A program made the translations under genes and the position numbers. The notes under the pieces were generated by a model. That model ran no database searches, was not told the DNA's origin, and saw nothing but the letters and a program-made list of their open reading frames with translations. Shown here in pieces: positions 1 through 9,120 of a stretch of 32,000 nucleotides of DNA (its first letter is position 1; every line of letters begins with the position of its first letter). Source of the stretch: Candidatus Woesearchaeota archaeon (GTDB lineage: Archaea > Nanobdellota > Nanobdellia > Woesearchaeales > CALCXY01); NCBI GenBank assembly GCA_937906345.1, contig CALCXY010000052.1, positions 1 to 32,000 on the forward strand. The letters run 5' to 3'.

Positions 1-62
1 ACATCTTCTGGTACTGTTTCTTGTTCTACATATGCTTGTAGAATGTCTTCAAGTTTTTCCAT
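1..62 (-). CDS. 5' end of a protein paralogous to the neighbouring 357-aa ORF (MEKLEDILQAYVEQETVPEDV...), truncated by the window edge
   Basis: ATG at 62..60 on the minus strand overlaps the stop of ORF 49..1122; the translated N-terminus closely matches MAELEDILQAYVEKETVPEDI of that ORF. Confidence 0.75.
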   Translation of the reverse strand, partial: MEKLEDILQAYVEQETVPED

Positions 63-1122
63 TTTGACCCTTCTTACTGTGATATGACCAGTGATCAGCA
101 ATTCGGGGATCTAACTTGGCAACTTCTGCCACCAGAGAATTTAAATTTTCACCACCCTTACGTTGTCTCCTGTCTACCATGGTCACAAGACGTCTTGGCT
201 TCCTGTTATATTTTACATTTAGAGGCACATCTGTTTTCATGTAATTTGCATTGAAATTTCTGTCAGGGTTATGTGAAAGATAATGTCTAAAATAAATCAT
301 TAAGGCCGAGACAGTTTCTGATTTATCAAATTTAGGTCTGATCTGCCACTCCTTTAAGATATTTGGATCAATTACACCACAAAGCTCTAAAATGTAGTAA
401 AATCCTCCTTTTTCAGCTAGATTCTTGTTTGCATTCTGAAAAAGATTTGCTGCCTTAGTGCCAAATTTTTTTTGTACTTCTGGATTTGAAAGGAAACTCA
501 GATTAAGCCTTTGAATATCTTGTTGATCCTTATAGATTTGATAAACATCCAAGAGAATCTGCACGGCCTCAGACTGATTAAACTTTGCTATTGGGTTCCA
601 ATGTTTAAACACATCTACATTCTTGCACGTAGATAAATTCACTATGTATTCCATACCTTCAGCAAATGTTCTTCGGGCTCCTTTATAGATATCTGCACCT
701 CCTATTTCCTTTCTTCTCAAGTATGATGATCCGAATCTCTCCTGGCTACACATATCCAGATAACCTTTTAGTATTATTAAAAATTTATTCGCCCAATGAA
801 CAGCATTAATTACTTTTCGAGCTTGTCGATTTCGTAATTGGGCAAATCTAAGTGTAGTTCCATCCCCTTGTAGATACCTTGGCTTTTTTTTTAATAACAT
901 CGGTAACTGCTCTAGGTCAACCAGAGGTATATCTAGATAAGTTGCTAGTAAAGAGTAATTTTTAAAAGCTTTAATCTCTTGCAAGATCTGAGGTCTCTCT
1001 TCTCTCTCTCTATTGAAATTATTAAGTAAATTTACTGCCTTTGGATACTCTAAAATATCTTCTGGTACTGTTTCCTTTTCCACGTATGCTTGTAGAATGT
1101 CCTCAAGTTCTGCCATTTCCAT
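49..1122 (-). CDS. Uncharacterised, probably alpha-helical 357-aa protein (start may be 1116, MAELEDIL...)
   Basis: Long ORF, co-directional and overlapping with its neighbours; no recognised family. Confidence 0.75.
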   Translation of the reverse strand: MEMAELEDILQAYVEKETVPEDILEYPKAVNLLNNFNREREERPQILQEIKAFKNYSLLATYLDIPLVDLEQLPMLLKKKPRYLQGDGTTLRFAQLRNRQARKVINAVHWANKFLIILKGYLDMCSQERFGSSYLRRKEIGGADIYKGARRTFAEGMEYIVNLSTCKNVDVFKHWNPIAKFNQSEAVQILLDVYQIYKDQQDIQRLNLSFLSNPEVQKKFGTKAANLFQNANKNLAEKGGFYYILELCGVIDPNILKEWQIRPKFDKSETVSALMIYFRHYLSHNPDRNFNANYMKTDVPLNVKYNRKPRRLVTMVDRRQRKGGENLNSLVAEVAKLDPRIADHWSYHSKKGQNGKT

Positions 1123-4100
1123 TCTCTCCTACTAGTTTTACAATATTAGAGGGTAATTGCTCGTACGGCAGAGACACATACCTTCCATTCTTGTGATCCA
1201 CTAAGCCGATTGTAGGAGAATCTTTCATCACATAGAATGAAAAATCCCCCTCTCTTCGAACGTAAAGTGCACTGGCTTCTAAACTGTCAAGAACTTCCTG
1301 AGGCATTTTCTCTTCAGAATCTTCATCCCTCATTTTTGGCTTTTCAAATAGCACTAATTTTCTGTCTTGACCTACTGCATCCTTACTTTTCTTATACTGC
1401 CAGAGATGATAACATCCTTTTTCCTCCCGACACAAAAATTCAAGCCCAAAATCAGATGCAAGAGCCTCATTCACTTTCTCCAGATGTTCGTCAGGATACA
1501 AATTTCTGTGTGTTCCAACATAGAATTTTCCATCAGGAACTATCACTCTATTGACTTCATTCATCAGCATCCAAAGATCATCATCAGAAGTATAGTGCAG
1601 ACTGAGTATTGAGCTTACTGAATCAAAATATTTATCATCAAAGGGAAGATTATAAAAATCACCGAGAAAATTCCTGCTCAGCGGAGAGTGCTTCTCAGCG
1701 AGCCTTAATTGAAATGGATTCATATCTACATTATAAATTTCTCTTCCTAATGCTCTCGAGAGAATTCCATTGCCTCCTCCTAAATCAAGCAATCTCTCAT
1801 ATCCATGCTGTTTGATATATTCTGCTACCCAAGGATTTATGCCTAAACTAACCTTGCTTCTATTTAGCTCAATAGCTAAGGTCTCTGCCCTTCTTATCTT
1901 CTCTTTAACTTCTTCACTTGGATTCTGATCCTTAAGCTCTTCTTCGCTGATTCCAATGGCTTTTGTTACATACTTCCTTCCTTTTCCAAATAAGTCTCTG
2001 AGAATTTCGTTTGCAGCTCTCTTTAAACGCTTCTTTATCCTTTCATTTTCTTGCGGCTTTTCCCAATTCTTGATCTCTCTTTGCTCTTGGGGTGTTAGCA
2101 ATCCTGAATTAAGGATTAAGTCATAATACACTTTTCTGTCATTGACGAGCTCCCATATTCCTTCATCAATAGTGTTCTCAGTCAGTAAAACATCAATATC
2201 AACATCATGTTTTTGTCCTTCTCTATGCAGCCTCTTCATCCACTGGTAAAATTCATCCCATGTGTACGGCAAGTCAAGGGCAATTCCATAACTTGCTCCA
2301 ACAAGGCTAATTCCTTCCTTCATAGTTGGAAGTGACACAAAGAGAACTTCTGTATTTCCTTGATTAAAGCGTTTCATAGCTGCTTGACGATCAGAAATCT
2401 GTTGTCCTTTTTTCTTCAGGGCTGGAACATCTCCATCTATCCTGTCTGTTACATACCACTGGCCAAAATAATCTGCAAGCTTATCAGTTACTCCGTTTTT
2501 AAAAAACGAGGTGCAGACCACTACTTTTCTATTTTTTGGAAGATCTCCAGCGTCTCTTTTTTGATTATATTCATCAACTGCTTTGAAATAATCCTCAATC
2601 ATGGACTCTAACATTACATATTTAGGAGCCTGAAAATCAATGTCAAATACTTCACTGTAACGTGTAAGTAATTCATCATCATGTCGAATATCTTCTCCTC
2701 TCACTCTACTGCCAAGAAGATTTGGATCTAGCGCTATTTTTCTTAATAAAATAAGTCTTTGCAATGGTTTGAGCCTATCTCCTCTATTAAGGATATATTC
2801 ATACATGCTCTTGATTGTATCATCTAATGGAACAAGGACCTCTCTCTCACATCTAGAAGGTAAGTCAAGCACGTCTTCACTCCTTCTTCTCAACATATAA
2901 GGTTTCAGATAAGCTCTTACATACCTTGCATCTCCTGCTAGAATCTCATTGAGGTCTTTACCTCTAGAATCAAATCCAGTAGCATAAAAATACAGGTCTA
3001 GATCTTTTCTGCCAAGTGGGAATGGAGTACCTGTGCTAATAACTTTTCTAGATACTTTGTTCATCAGCTCTCTTACAGCAAGGCCTCTATGTGTTGTCTG
3101 GCCTTTTGCGTTCTGGGATTCATCAACACAGAGCAGCTGATAATCTTGGTCAATTAATTTTTTTAACACAGAATCATGCTCATTGAGATGCAGAATCTTT
3201 GCATATAGTTCTACAATCTCTTCACGACCTAACTGAGAAAGTTCTTCTGCCTTAACCTGGTACGTATTTCCAGGTCGTTTCATTAGTGCCTTCACCTCTT
3301 TTCTCAACTCTGTGATTTTTTTGTCTGTTACGTTTTCTTTTACCAGTTCTATTTCATCAGGGCTAATATCGAATTCATCTAATTCATTCAATTTCCAATC
3401 TTTTCTAAAAATGAGCTCATAATTTACAATTGTAAATGCAGCTGTATCTAATTTTACATACTGTTCTTTACGAGTGGCTCCATTCAACACAACAATGTCC
3501 TCTTCAATCTTGTATTTTCCTTGAAAATAATTTTTCAGCTCTTCTGCAAAAGTTTCTTTTACAGTGTTAGGCGTGATTACTAATGTCTTGACAGCTCTTG
3601 CTTTATCTACAGATATACCTGCTGCAATGGCTTCAAGCTGTCCCATATACTCCGCTGATAATCCCATCTGAGCTGTCTTGCCTGTACCGCAATCATCAAA
3701 GAGGAATGTAATCTCATTTCCTTTCCGTTTCAGCTTAGCATAGAATTCAACTAGCTGATCTCTTCCAAAATCAGCAAGATACGCTTGAACTTCATCTCCT
3801 TCAATCCTTCCAGCTAGATCTTCAACTATTGCAACACGTAAACCATTATCTGGTATCTCCCTTAACTCTCTTGTTCTTTGCTCTAACTCTAACCAATTAA
3901 GCTGATGATCCTGAATATCTTCAAGGCTCCACTGCTCAGGTTTGTAGTCTCTACAAACAACAGCAATGCCTTCCTTTTGGTAAAAGCTTGGGAAAGCCCG
4001 AGTACCTATTCTAGCAGGAATTCCATGAATAGTCAGGTTATTAATATGATCATATTCTTCCCATAGTTCTTTATACATCTTTCTAGCTTCATCATGCTTA

Positions 4101-4858
4101 GAATTTTCTTCATTTTGCATTAGCTGCAAAAGAATATCATCCACCATAATCTTGCAAGTAGCTTCGTATTCAGGGTCTTCTGCATTCATACCTTTGAGCC
4201 CATCATATAATCTTTTTCGCATCCTATTTTTCTCTATATTGCGAATAGCATCATAACACATGCTTGGTAAGGATTTATTAGAAAGCTTGATCTCTTCAAT
4301 AATATGGTCTGCTGTGGGAATTTCAGGAATTTTAGGTTTCTTTCTTTCACTACGTATTCTGCCTAAATAATCTCGTAATCCTCTTACTTTTTCGAACAAT
4401 TCATCTCCCATATTTTTCAATTTATCTCGATGTATTACATACAATAATTCTGCTAGCTCATCCTCAACACCTTCATCCAATACGTCTTGGGCCCAATCCA
4501 GAAGCATATGCATAAGGGGGTCATCTTGATTAATACAATCCTCAATGCTTTTTTCCCCATTTATCTGAGCAGAAGTGTGATTATCTAAATCCAGAGCCAT
4601 TGTGGTATATGTAGGACGATAATTTGGAGCTTTTGGATTTGATTTATCAACTTCACCTATTTGATTTAGCAAAACCTCAGAAGGTAGTCTTCCTGTTTCA
4701 TTTGCTTGATCTTCGATATACTTCCTAAAATCAGAATGCTTATTCTCAAGGAAATCTGGTATCTTGAAGCTTTCTCCATCTACCATTTTTGTCATAAGGG
4801 AGATATTCATATCTGTGATAATTTTTGCAATGTCCTCTAGGGAAAACTCATTTACCAT
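1103..4858 (-). CDS. SNF2/SF2-type helicase fused to a C-terminal class I SAM-dependent methyltransferase domain
   Basis: Walker A-like FDDCGTGKT, motif II CVDESQNAKG, STGTPFPLG (motif III region), SNF2 C-half (VSLPTMKEGISLVGASYGIALDLPYTWDEFYQWMKRLHREGQ); C-terminal LLDLGGGNG...VDMNPFQ...LGDFYNLPFDDKYFDSV (Methyltransf_11-like). Confidence 0.88.
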   Translation of the reverse strand: MVNEFSLEDIAKIITDMNISLMTKMVDGESFKIPDFLENKHSDFRKYIEDQANETGRLPSEVLLNQIGEVDKSNPKAPNYRPTYTTMALDLDNHTSAQINGEKSIEDCINQDDPLMHMLLDWAQDVLDEGVEDELAELLYVIHRDKLKNMGDELFEKVRGLRDYLGRIRSERKKPKIPEIPTADHIIEEIKLSNKSLPSMCYDAIRNIEKNRMRKRLYDGLKGMNAEDPEYEATCKIMVDDILLQLMQNEENSKHDEARKMYKELWEEYDHINNLTIHGIPARIGTRAFPSFYQKEGIAVVCRDYKPEQWSLEDIQDHQLNWLELEQRTRELREIPDNGLRVAIVEDLAGRIEGDEVQAYLADFGRDQLVEFYAKLKRKGNEITFLFDDCGTGKTAQMGLSAEYMGQLEAIAAGISVDKARAVKTLVITPNTVKETFAEELKNYFQGKYKIEEDIVVLNGATRKEQYVKLDTAAFTIVNYELIFRKDWKLNELDEFDISPDEIELVKENVTDKKITELRKEVKALMKRPGNTYQVKAEELSQLGREEIVELYAKILHLNEHDSVLKKLIDQDYQLLCVDESQNAKGQTTHRGLAVRELMNKVSRKVISTGTPFPLGRKDLDLYFYATGFDSRGKDLNEILAGDARYVRAYLKPYMLRRRSEDVLDLPSRCEREVLVPLDDTIKSMYEYILNRGDRLKPLQRLILLRKIALDPNLLGSRVRGEDIRHDDELLTRYSEVFDIDFQAPKYVMLESMIEDYFKAVDEYNQKRDAGDLPKNRKVVVCTSFFKNGVTDKLADYFGQWYVTDRIDGDVPALKKKGQQISDRQAAMKRFNQGNTEVLFVSLPTMKEGISLVGASYGIALDLPYTWDEFYQWMKRLHREGQKHDVDIDVLLTENTIDEGIWELVNDRKVYYDLILNSGLLTPQEQREIKNWEKPQENERIKKRLKRAANEILRDLFGKGRKYVTKAIGISEEELKDQNPSEEVKEKIRRAETLAIELNRSKVSLGINPWVAEYIKQHGYERLLDLGGGNGILSRALGREIYNVDMNPFQLRLAEKHSPLSRNFLGDFYNLPFDDKYFDSVSSILSLHYTSDDDLWMLMNEVNRVIVPDGKFYVGTHRNLYPDEHLEKVNEALASDFGLEFLCREEKGCYHLWQYKKSKDAVGQDRKLVLFEKPKMRDEDSEEKMPQEVLDSLEASALYVRREGDFSFYVMKDSPTIGLVDHKNGRYVSLPYEQLPSNIVKLVGENGNGRT

Positions 4859-4944
4859 ACAGAAGCCGATAAACTCATCATATATAAATGTTTCTATTTT
4901 TTACTACTAGATAGTGAATACTTTATAAGGATATGTATTTGAAA

Positions 4945-5661
4945 TTAGATCGGAAATTCGCTCCTAAGCTGAAAAGAAAAAATTAAAGCATATCTGTCTT
5001 CAGGGATGGTATTTGAAACCCAGTGACTGTTTGATGCGTCAATTATAGCAATTTCATCATTGGCAAGATTGATTCTAGATTCCTTACCATTAACTTTGAG
5101 ACACAATGGTTCACCTTCAGGCTTGGCAGTTATAATATAATTTGCATCTTTATGAGGAGGAACTTTGTACTCATGTTCAGGTGTATGACGATATCGTGCA
5201 GAAACCAAGTCTGTGTACCCCACGTGATCATCCAAGAAAATTGTACAGAATCTCCTTGCAATCCAATCCATTTTTCGCATGCACTGCATTAATCCCTGCT
5301 CAAATCCAGGAAAATCTTTCTCAGTTTGCCATGTTCTTTGGCCTTCCTGGGTTTTTTCTTCCTGATATATTTGACTAAATCTAGTGGATGTCATGTTAAA
5401 GTACTCAGCTAATGCATCCTCAGGATTATCTCCTATATAATTATACCCTCCCATAATTTGGGGATTTTCTGCTAGATATAATCTTTTCCTATCAGAATCA
5501 AAAAATCGCCGAGATTGTTCATATACAGTATCAATTAGCTTTAAAGAATATCCCTTTAAAATAAGATATCCATCACGATTAAGATTTTCAGTAAAGGGGC
5601 AGCCAGGTTTGAGTTTGTAGAATTGACTTAAGGCCAAAGAATCAACATTTTGCTTGTTCAT
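4945..5661 (-). CDS. 2-oxoglutarate/Fe(II)-dependent oxygenase-like protein (isopenicillin N synthase-like)
   Basis: N-terminal DGYLILKGY...; candidate facial triad HKD...H in VPPHKDANYIIT and IIDASNSHWVSNTIPEDRYALIFSFQLR, with the RxA/S-type 2OG-binding Arg. Confidence 0.72.
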   Translation of the reverse strand: MNKQNVDSLALSQFYKLKPGCPFTENLNRDGYLILKGYSLKLIDTVYEQSRRFFDSDRKRLYLAENPQIMGGYNYIGDNPEDALAEYFNMTSTRFSQIYQEEKTQEGQRTWQTEKDFPGFEQGLMQCMRKMDWIARRFCTIFLDDHVGYTDLVSARYRHTPEHEYKVPPHKDANYIITAKPEGEPLCLKVNGKESRINLANDEIAIIDASNSHWVSNTIPEDRYALIFSFQLRSEFPI

Positions 5662-5693
5662 TTTACTCTTGAATTTGTTCTAAAGAAAAGATA

Positions 5694-6656
5694 CTAAGAA
5701 GTACCGAACACTGTGAATTTATCCCCTTTATGCTTTTGTATTTTTTCCTTGGATGTATAGGGGCCTATAATACTAAGTTTTCCTCCTGATCTTACTCCAT
5801 TATCAGGAAGGGTTACTATATCAAAATTAGATTGGTAAGGATCTTCTTTCCTTCCAGGCATATAAGTTAATTTGGTTACTGCATTTTTTGGATTTGAAGG
5901 ATCAAGGGTTGTAAGGCCTTCTCTTGGAACTGAATCTCCAATAATGCTCACTTCACCCCCAAGAGCCAATCCATCTAGTGCATCAGAATTATCCTTAATG
6001 ATGTTAAGAGCTTTACTGACCTTTCCAGGACCATCTAAATACTCATTTCCAACATTAGCCTCGGTGATCATTACACATGAAGGAACATTAGCAGCTTCTG
6101 TGCCAATATTTAACAATCGTGCGCCATACATAAATTTCATGACAAAAAGTGATCCTGGAGCATATTTCATGCCCTTTCGAGCTTTAGTTTCTTTTCCATC
6201 TGGAAATCCTTCAAAAGATTCTGCTCCTATAATTCTTCCTGACATAAAGCTATTTCCACCATTTTCATAGGTCCGTATAATCCATCTTCCAATAAGATCC
6301 TGAGCTACTTTACAAGCATTTTTAGCATATCTGTTGTCAGCATTTTGGTTAATTCCATATACGAATAAACCATTAGGAGCATCAATCTGCATATACTCTG
6401 CAATATCTTTGTCTTTTTTTATTCCATCTATTACAGTATCTACTGATGTAAGACCTACGAATGGCTGATTATCAGGTTTTTTAGAGCTAATCTGTAAATC
6501 TCCTCTCAACTGGGCAAGATCAGGGTTCTCAGAATCCAAGACTTGATTGTCTGTTGCTACAGATACAATACGCACAGGATTAATACCTTTTCCATCTTCT
6601 CCAATTCGAATCAACCATTTTCCAACAGTTTCATTAGTTAGATAATCTATATTCAT
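5694..6656 (-). CDS. Uncharacterised 320-aa protein with internal repeats
   Basis: VGKWLIRIGEDGKGINPVRIVSV resembles IGRWIIRTYENGGNSFMSGRIIGA; GGEVSIIG and GGKLSIIG repeated. Confidence 0.75.
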   Translation of the reverse strand: MNIDYLTNETVGKWLIRIGEDGKGINPVRIVSVATDNQVLDSENPDLAQLRGDLQISSKKPDNQPFVGLTSVDTVIDGIKKDKDIAEYMQIDAPNGLFVYGINQNADNRYAKNACKVAQDLIGRWIIRTYENGGNSFMSGRIIGAESFEGFPDGKETKARKGMKYAPGSLFVMKFMYGARLLNIGTEAANVPSCVMITEANVGNEYLDGPGKVSKALNIIKDNSDALDGLALGGEVSIIGDSVPREGLTTLDPSNPKNAVTKLTYMPGRKEDPYQSNFDIVTLPDNGVRSGGKLSIIGPYTSKEKIQKHKGDKFTVFGTS

Positions 6657-6682
6657 TTAATATCAGCATAAGAAAACATCAT

Positions 6683-6694
6683 CTTATATTTAAA
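6683..6694 (-). promoter_or_regulatory. Candidate TATA box (TTTAAATATAAG) for the leftward cluster
   Basis: A/T-rich box about 27 nt upstream of the ATG at 6656. Confidence 0.4.
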
Positions 6695-6818
6695 TGTTTC
6701 CCTTATGACTACTTATAAGTAATAGTAAAATTTATAAAGAATATAATATTTGTAATCAATTAATATAGTAGAACTGCATGTAAAGTGTGTAAGGTTACTT
6801 TAAATTTTTTAAATTAAA

Positions 6819-7364
6819 ATGAATAAAACAATATCTCAACCTCTCGCTGATGGAACTAACAGCAAACCAGAACCCTATTATACTGCGGAATTGTATGAGA
6901 TAAGAGGAATAATGCCTTTCTTGGAGCATATAGAGCAATATTTGAGTGGTGATAGAACTGTTCCAGTTATTAGGACTGAAGATCATACCTCAAGGACCAA
7001 TCAGAATAGTGATGTATTCTGCACATTTTCTGATGATCTAATGAGACTATTTCTAGATGAAAAAAATGGATTAGAAAAACCCTATGAGGTAGCCTTAAAA
7101 TATGGGTTTAGGGGTTTTAGCAGAGGAGGTCGAAATGGAATTTTCTATCAAAGAAAGAAAGATGATGGTATGAAAGGGGTTACAGATTCTCTAATGTTAA
7201 AAAATACTGAAATGTTAAGTTTAGACTTAGATGTTCCTATTGATCACTTGGATGAACTTAAGAAAGTCAAAATTGTCTGGCATAATCCACAAGGACCAAG
7301 AGTGGTAGGAGCATATAATACTATTAAGCAGAGAATAGTATTTCTAGATTTTGCAAATTACTAA
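6819..7364 (+). CDS. Uncharacterised 181-aa protein
   Basis: Divergent from the leftward cluster, A/T-rich promoter-like upstream sequence; no recognised family. Confidence 0.6.
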   Translation: MNKTISQPLADGTNSKPEPYYTAELYEIRGIMPFLEHIEQYLSGDRTVPVIRTEDHTSRTNQNSDVFCTFSDDLMRLFLDEKNGLEKPYEVALKYGFRGFSRGGRNGIFYQRKKDDGMKGVTDSLMLKNTEMLSLDLDVPIDHLDELKKVKIVWHNPQGPRVVGAYNTIKQRIVFLDFANY

Positions 7365-8284
7365 GCAGCTTCTATATTTTCTATATAAACTCCTCTAGGA
7401 AACTTGAATTCCTGCAAGCTATTAGACTGAGGAATAGGTCCAGCTTTTGGAACTAATGCTGTAGAGAAGAATATAATCCTAATCCCTCCCACAACTCCGA
7501 TCTGCCCAAAGAAATTCCTCCGCTCATCATCTGACATACTGCTTACTCTAGCCATAACAGCTGGAGGACAGTTAAAAACTCCAATTAAATCGCCTTTTTG
7601 TCTTCCGGCTGAACCAACTAAGGCTCCACCAGAAAGAGTCTTTTTTACCTCTGCTTTACTCATAGCTCTACCATAAATTCTAGGTGATGGGTAATAACTA
7701 TCCTTTTCAAATTGATCAAGTTTCATATTTATTTGTCTCAATATATCTATAAAGATTATAATTTGATTTGTTGTCTTTTCTAGTCCATCAAAACATCGCT
7801 TCACCCTTCCAGATAAGGCATGCTTATGGATTTTTAATCCATCTTTTAAAAGTTCTGATAGCAAGATAGTATTTCCTCTTGCTCTTTCTGACAAATTAAA
7901 GGCATTGTTCATATATTGAGTAAAGATGATTCTCAGCGGCAATTTCTCATCCAGATACACCTCATAATCCTGTTGAATTATTTTTAATAATTTACGTGCT
8001 TTCTTAATTTTGTACCGAATATCCTGCTCAATAGCTTTAACCTTTCTGAACTCTTCACCTAATTTTTCTAGATTCTCAATATGTACTTGACTTACTTTCA
8101 GTGTGTATCTGTGTATAACAAACCCGTGTTTTGCAAGCACATGATCCTCTAAGAATTCCTCTTGCTTCACCATAGTTCTTAACAGGTCTTCAAGAGTCTT
8201 GAACCTAGTATACAAATCTAAAATAAGGGCATATGCTTCTCTCATACGGATATTATACAATAAACTATTTAAAAACATTTGCAT
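7361..8284 (-). CDS. Uncharacterised 307-aa protein: helical N-terminal region plus globular C-terminal domain, possibly ART-like
   Basis: Helical N-half; C-terminal [14 protein letters not shown]...[12 protein letters not shown]...LQEFKFPRG vaguely resembles the R/STS/E layout of ADP-ribosyltransferase folds. Confidence 0.6.
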   Translation of the reverse strand: MQMFLNSLLYNIRMREAYALILDLYTRFKTLEDLLRTMVKQEEFLEDHVLAKHGFVIHRYTLKVSQVHIENLEKLGEEFRKVKAIEQDIRYKIKKARKLLKIIQQDYEVYLDEKLPLRIIFTQYMNNAFNLSERARGNTILLSELLKDGLKIHKHALSGRVKRCFDGLEKTTNQIIIFIDILRQINMKLDQFEKDSYYPSPRIYGRAMSKAEVKKTLSGGALVGSAGRQKGDLIGVFNCPPAVMARVSSMSDDERRNFFGQIGVVGGIRIIFFSTALVPKAGPIPQSNSLQEFKFPRGVYIENIEAA

Positions 8285-8321
8285 AATTATTGTGCAGAGA
8301 TTAATTTCAATACCTAAACTC

Positions 8322-8429
8322 TGCAGCGGCCCTCATGTAAAAAACACTAAAGAACTTGGAACCTTCAAAATTAAGAAGGAAGAATCTTCTGCAGCAGGAA
8401 TAAGAAGGATTAAAGCTGTTGTTGAGTAA
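8322..8429 (+). pseudogene. Remnant of the 3' end of an alanyl-tRNA synthetase/AlaX-type gene ([35 protein letters not shown])
   Basis: Second additional domain signature CxGPHV.NT.ELG.FKI..E...AGIRRI.A; no upstream catalytic region, because the minus-strand ORF 7361-8284 lies immediately upstream. Confidence 0.75.
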
Positions 8430-8529
8430 TCATATCTAAGCTTGGCATGAATTATTATTTCAATATCAAAACGAAATATTAAGAATTTTTTAGAAAGCTT
8501 TATAAAGAATAGGTAATTATTTTTACCAA

Positions 8530-9120
8530 ATGATAAGAAAAATTACCAAGTTTAATATCATATCCTTGTATACATCTAATTATGATAAGAGGCTATACTT
8601 AAGAGAGATAGCTAAATTCCTGAAAAAGCCTCACCAATCTATTAAGCCATATATCCAACAGCTAGTCAATGAAAATATTCTAATACAGGAAAAAAGAAAT
8701 AACGTAACTGACTTTTACCTTAATGTAAAAAATCATGCGGTATTCGAATATCTTAGCATGGCTGAAAAAACACAATTAATCCAAAAAATAAATCAAGAAA
8801 TAATTCTCAAAATACTCTATGAGAAACTTGCCAAAACATTCACTCTAAATACTTATATAATCTTTGGCTCAGCAGCACAATACGTAAAGAAGACATCGGA
8901 TATCGACTTGCTCATAATAGGAAAGAAAAAAATAAATGACATTCTCAATCAGTTTGAAAAAGTCTACAACAAGTCGATCCATACAATTCAAGTATTAAAT
9001 CTAGAAAACGTTTCAACAAGGCTAATCAAAGAGGTGTATAAGAAGCATATTATAATGAATAATTCAGATCAGGTAATAACATTTTTGAGGAAAATTCATG
9101 AAAAAAATAGAATGGTGTAA
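8530..9120 (+). CDS. wHTH plus MNT-family nucleotidyltransferase (putative antitoxin component)
   Basis: N-terminal winged-helix-like region; Pol-beta nucleotidyltransferase motif FGSAAQYVKKTSDIDLLII. Confidence 0.82.
   Translation: MIRKITKFNIISLYTSNYDKRLYLREIAKFLKKPHQSIKPYIQQLVNENILIQEKRNNVTDFYLNVKNHAVFEYLSMAEKTQLIQKINQEIILKILYEKLAKTFTLNTYIIFGSAAQYVKKTSDIDLLIIGKKKINDILNQFEKVYNKSIHTIQVLNLENVSTRLIKEVYKKHIIMNNSDQVITFLRKIHEKNRMV

Noticed and set aside
1237-2611. Plus-strand ORFs 1237-1554, 1367-1612, 1609-1815, 2360-2611
   Set aside because: Antisense to a convincing multidomain minus-strand gene; low-complexity translations without recognisable features.
5142-6270. Plus-strand ORFs 5142-5378 and 5872-6270
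   Set aside because: Shadow ORFs opposite the oxygenase-like and two-repeat genes.
8199-8321. N-terminal part of the 76-aa plus-strand ORF 8199-8429
   Set aside because: Overlaps the 5' end of the minus-strand 307-aa gene; only 8322-8429 resembles AlaRS/AlaX, so the whole is not treated as a functional gene.
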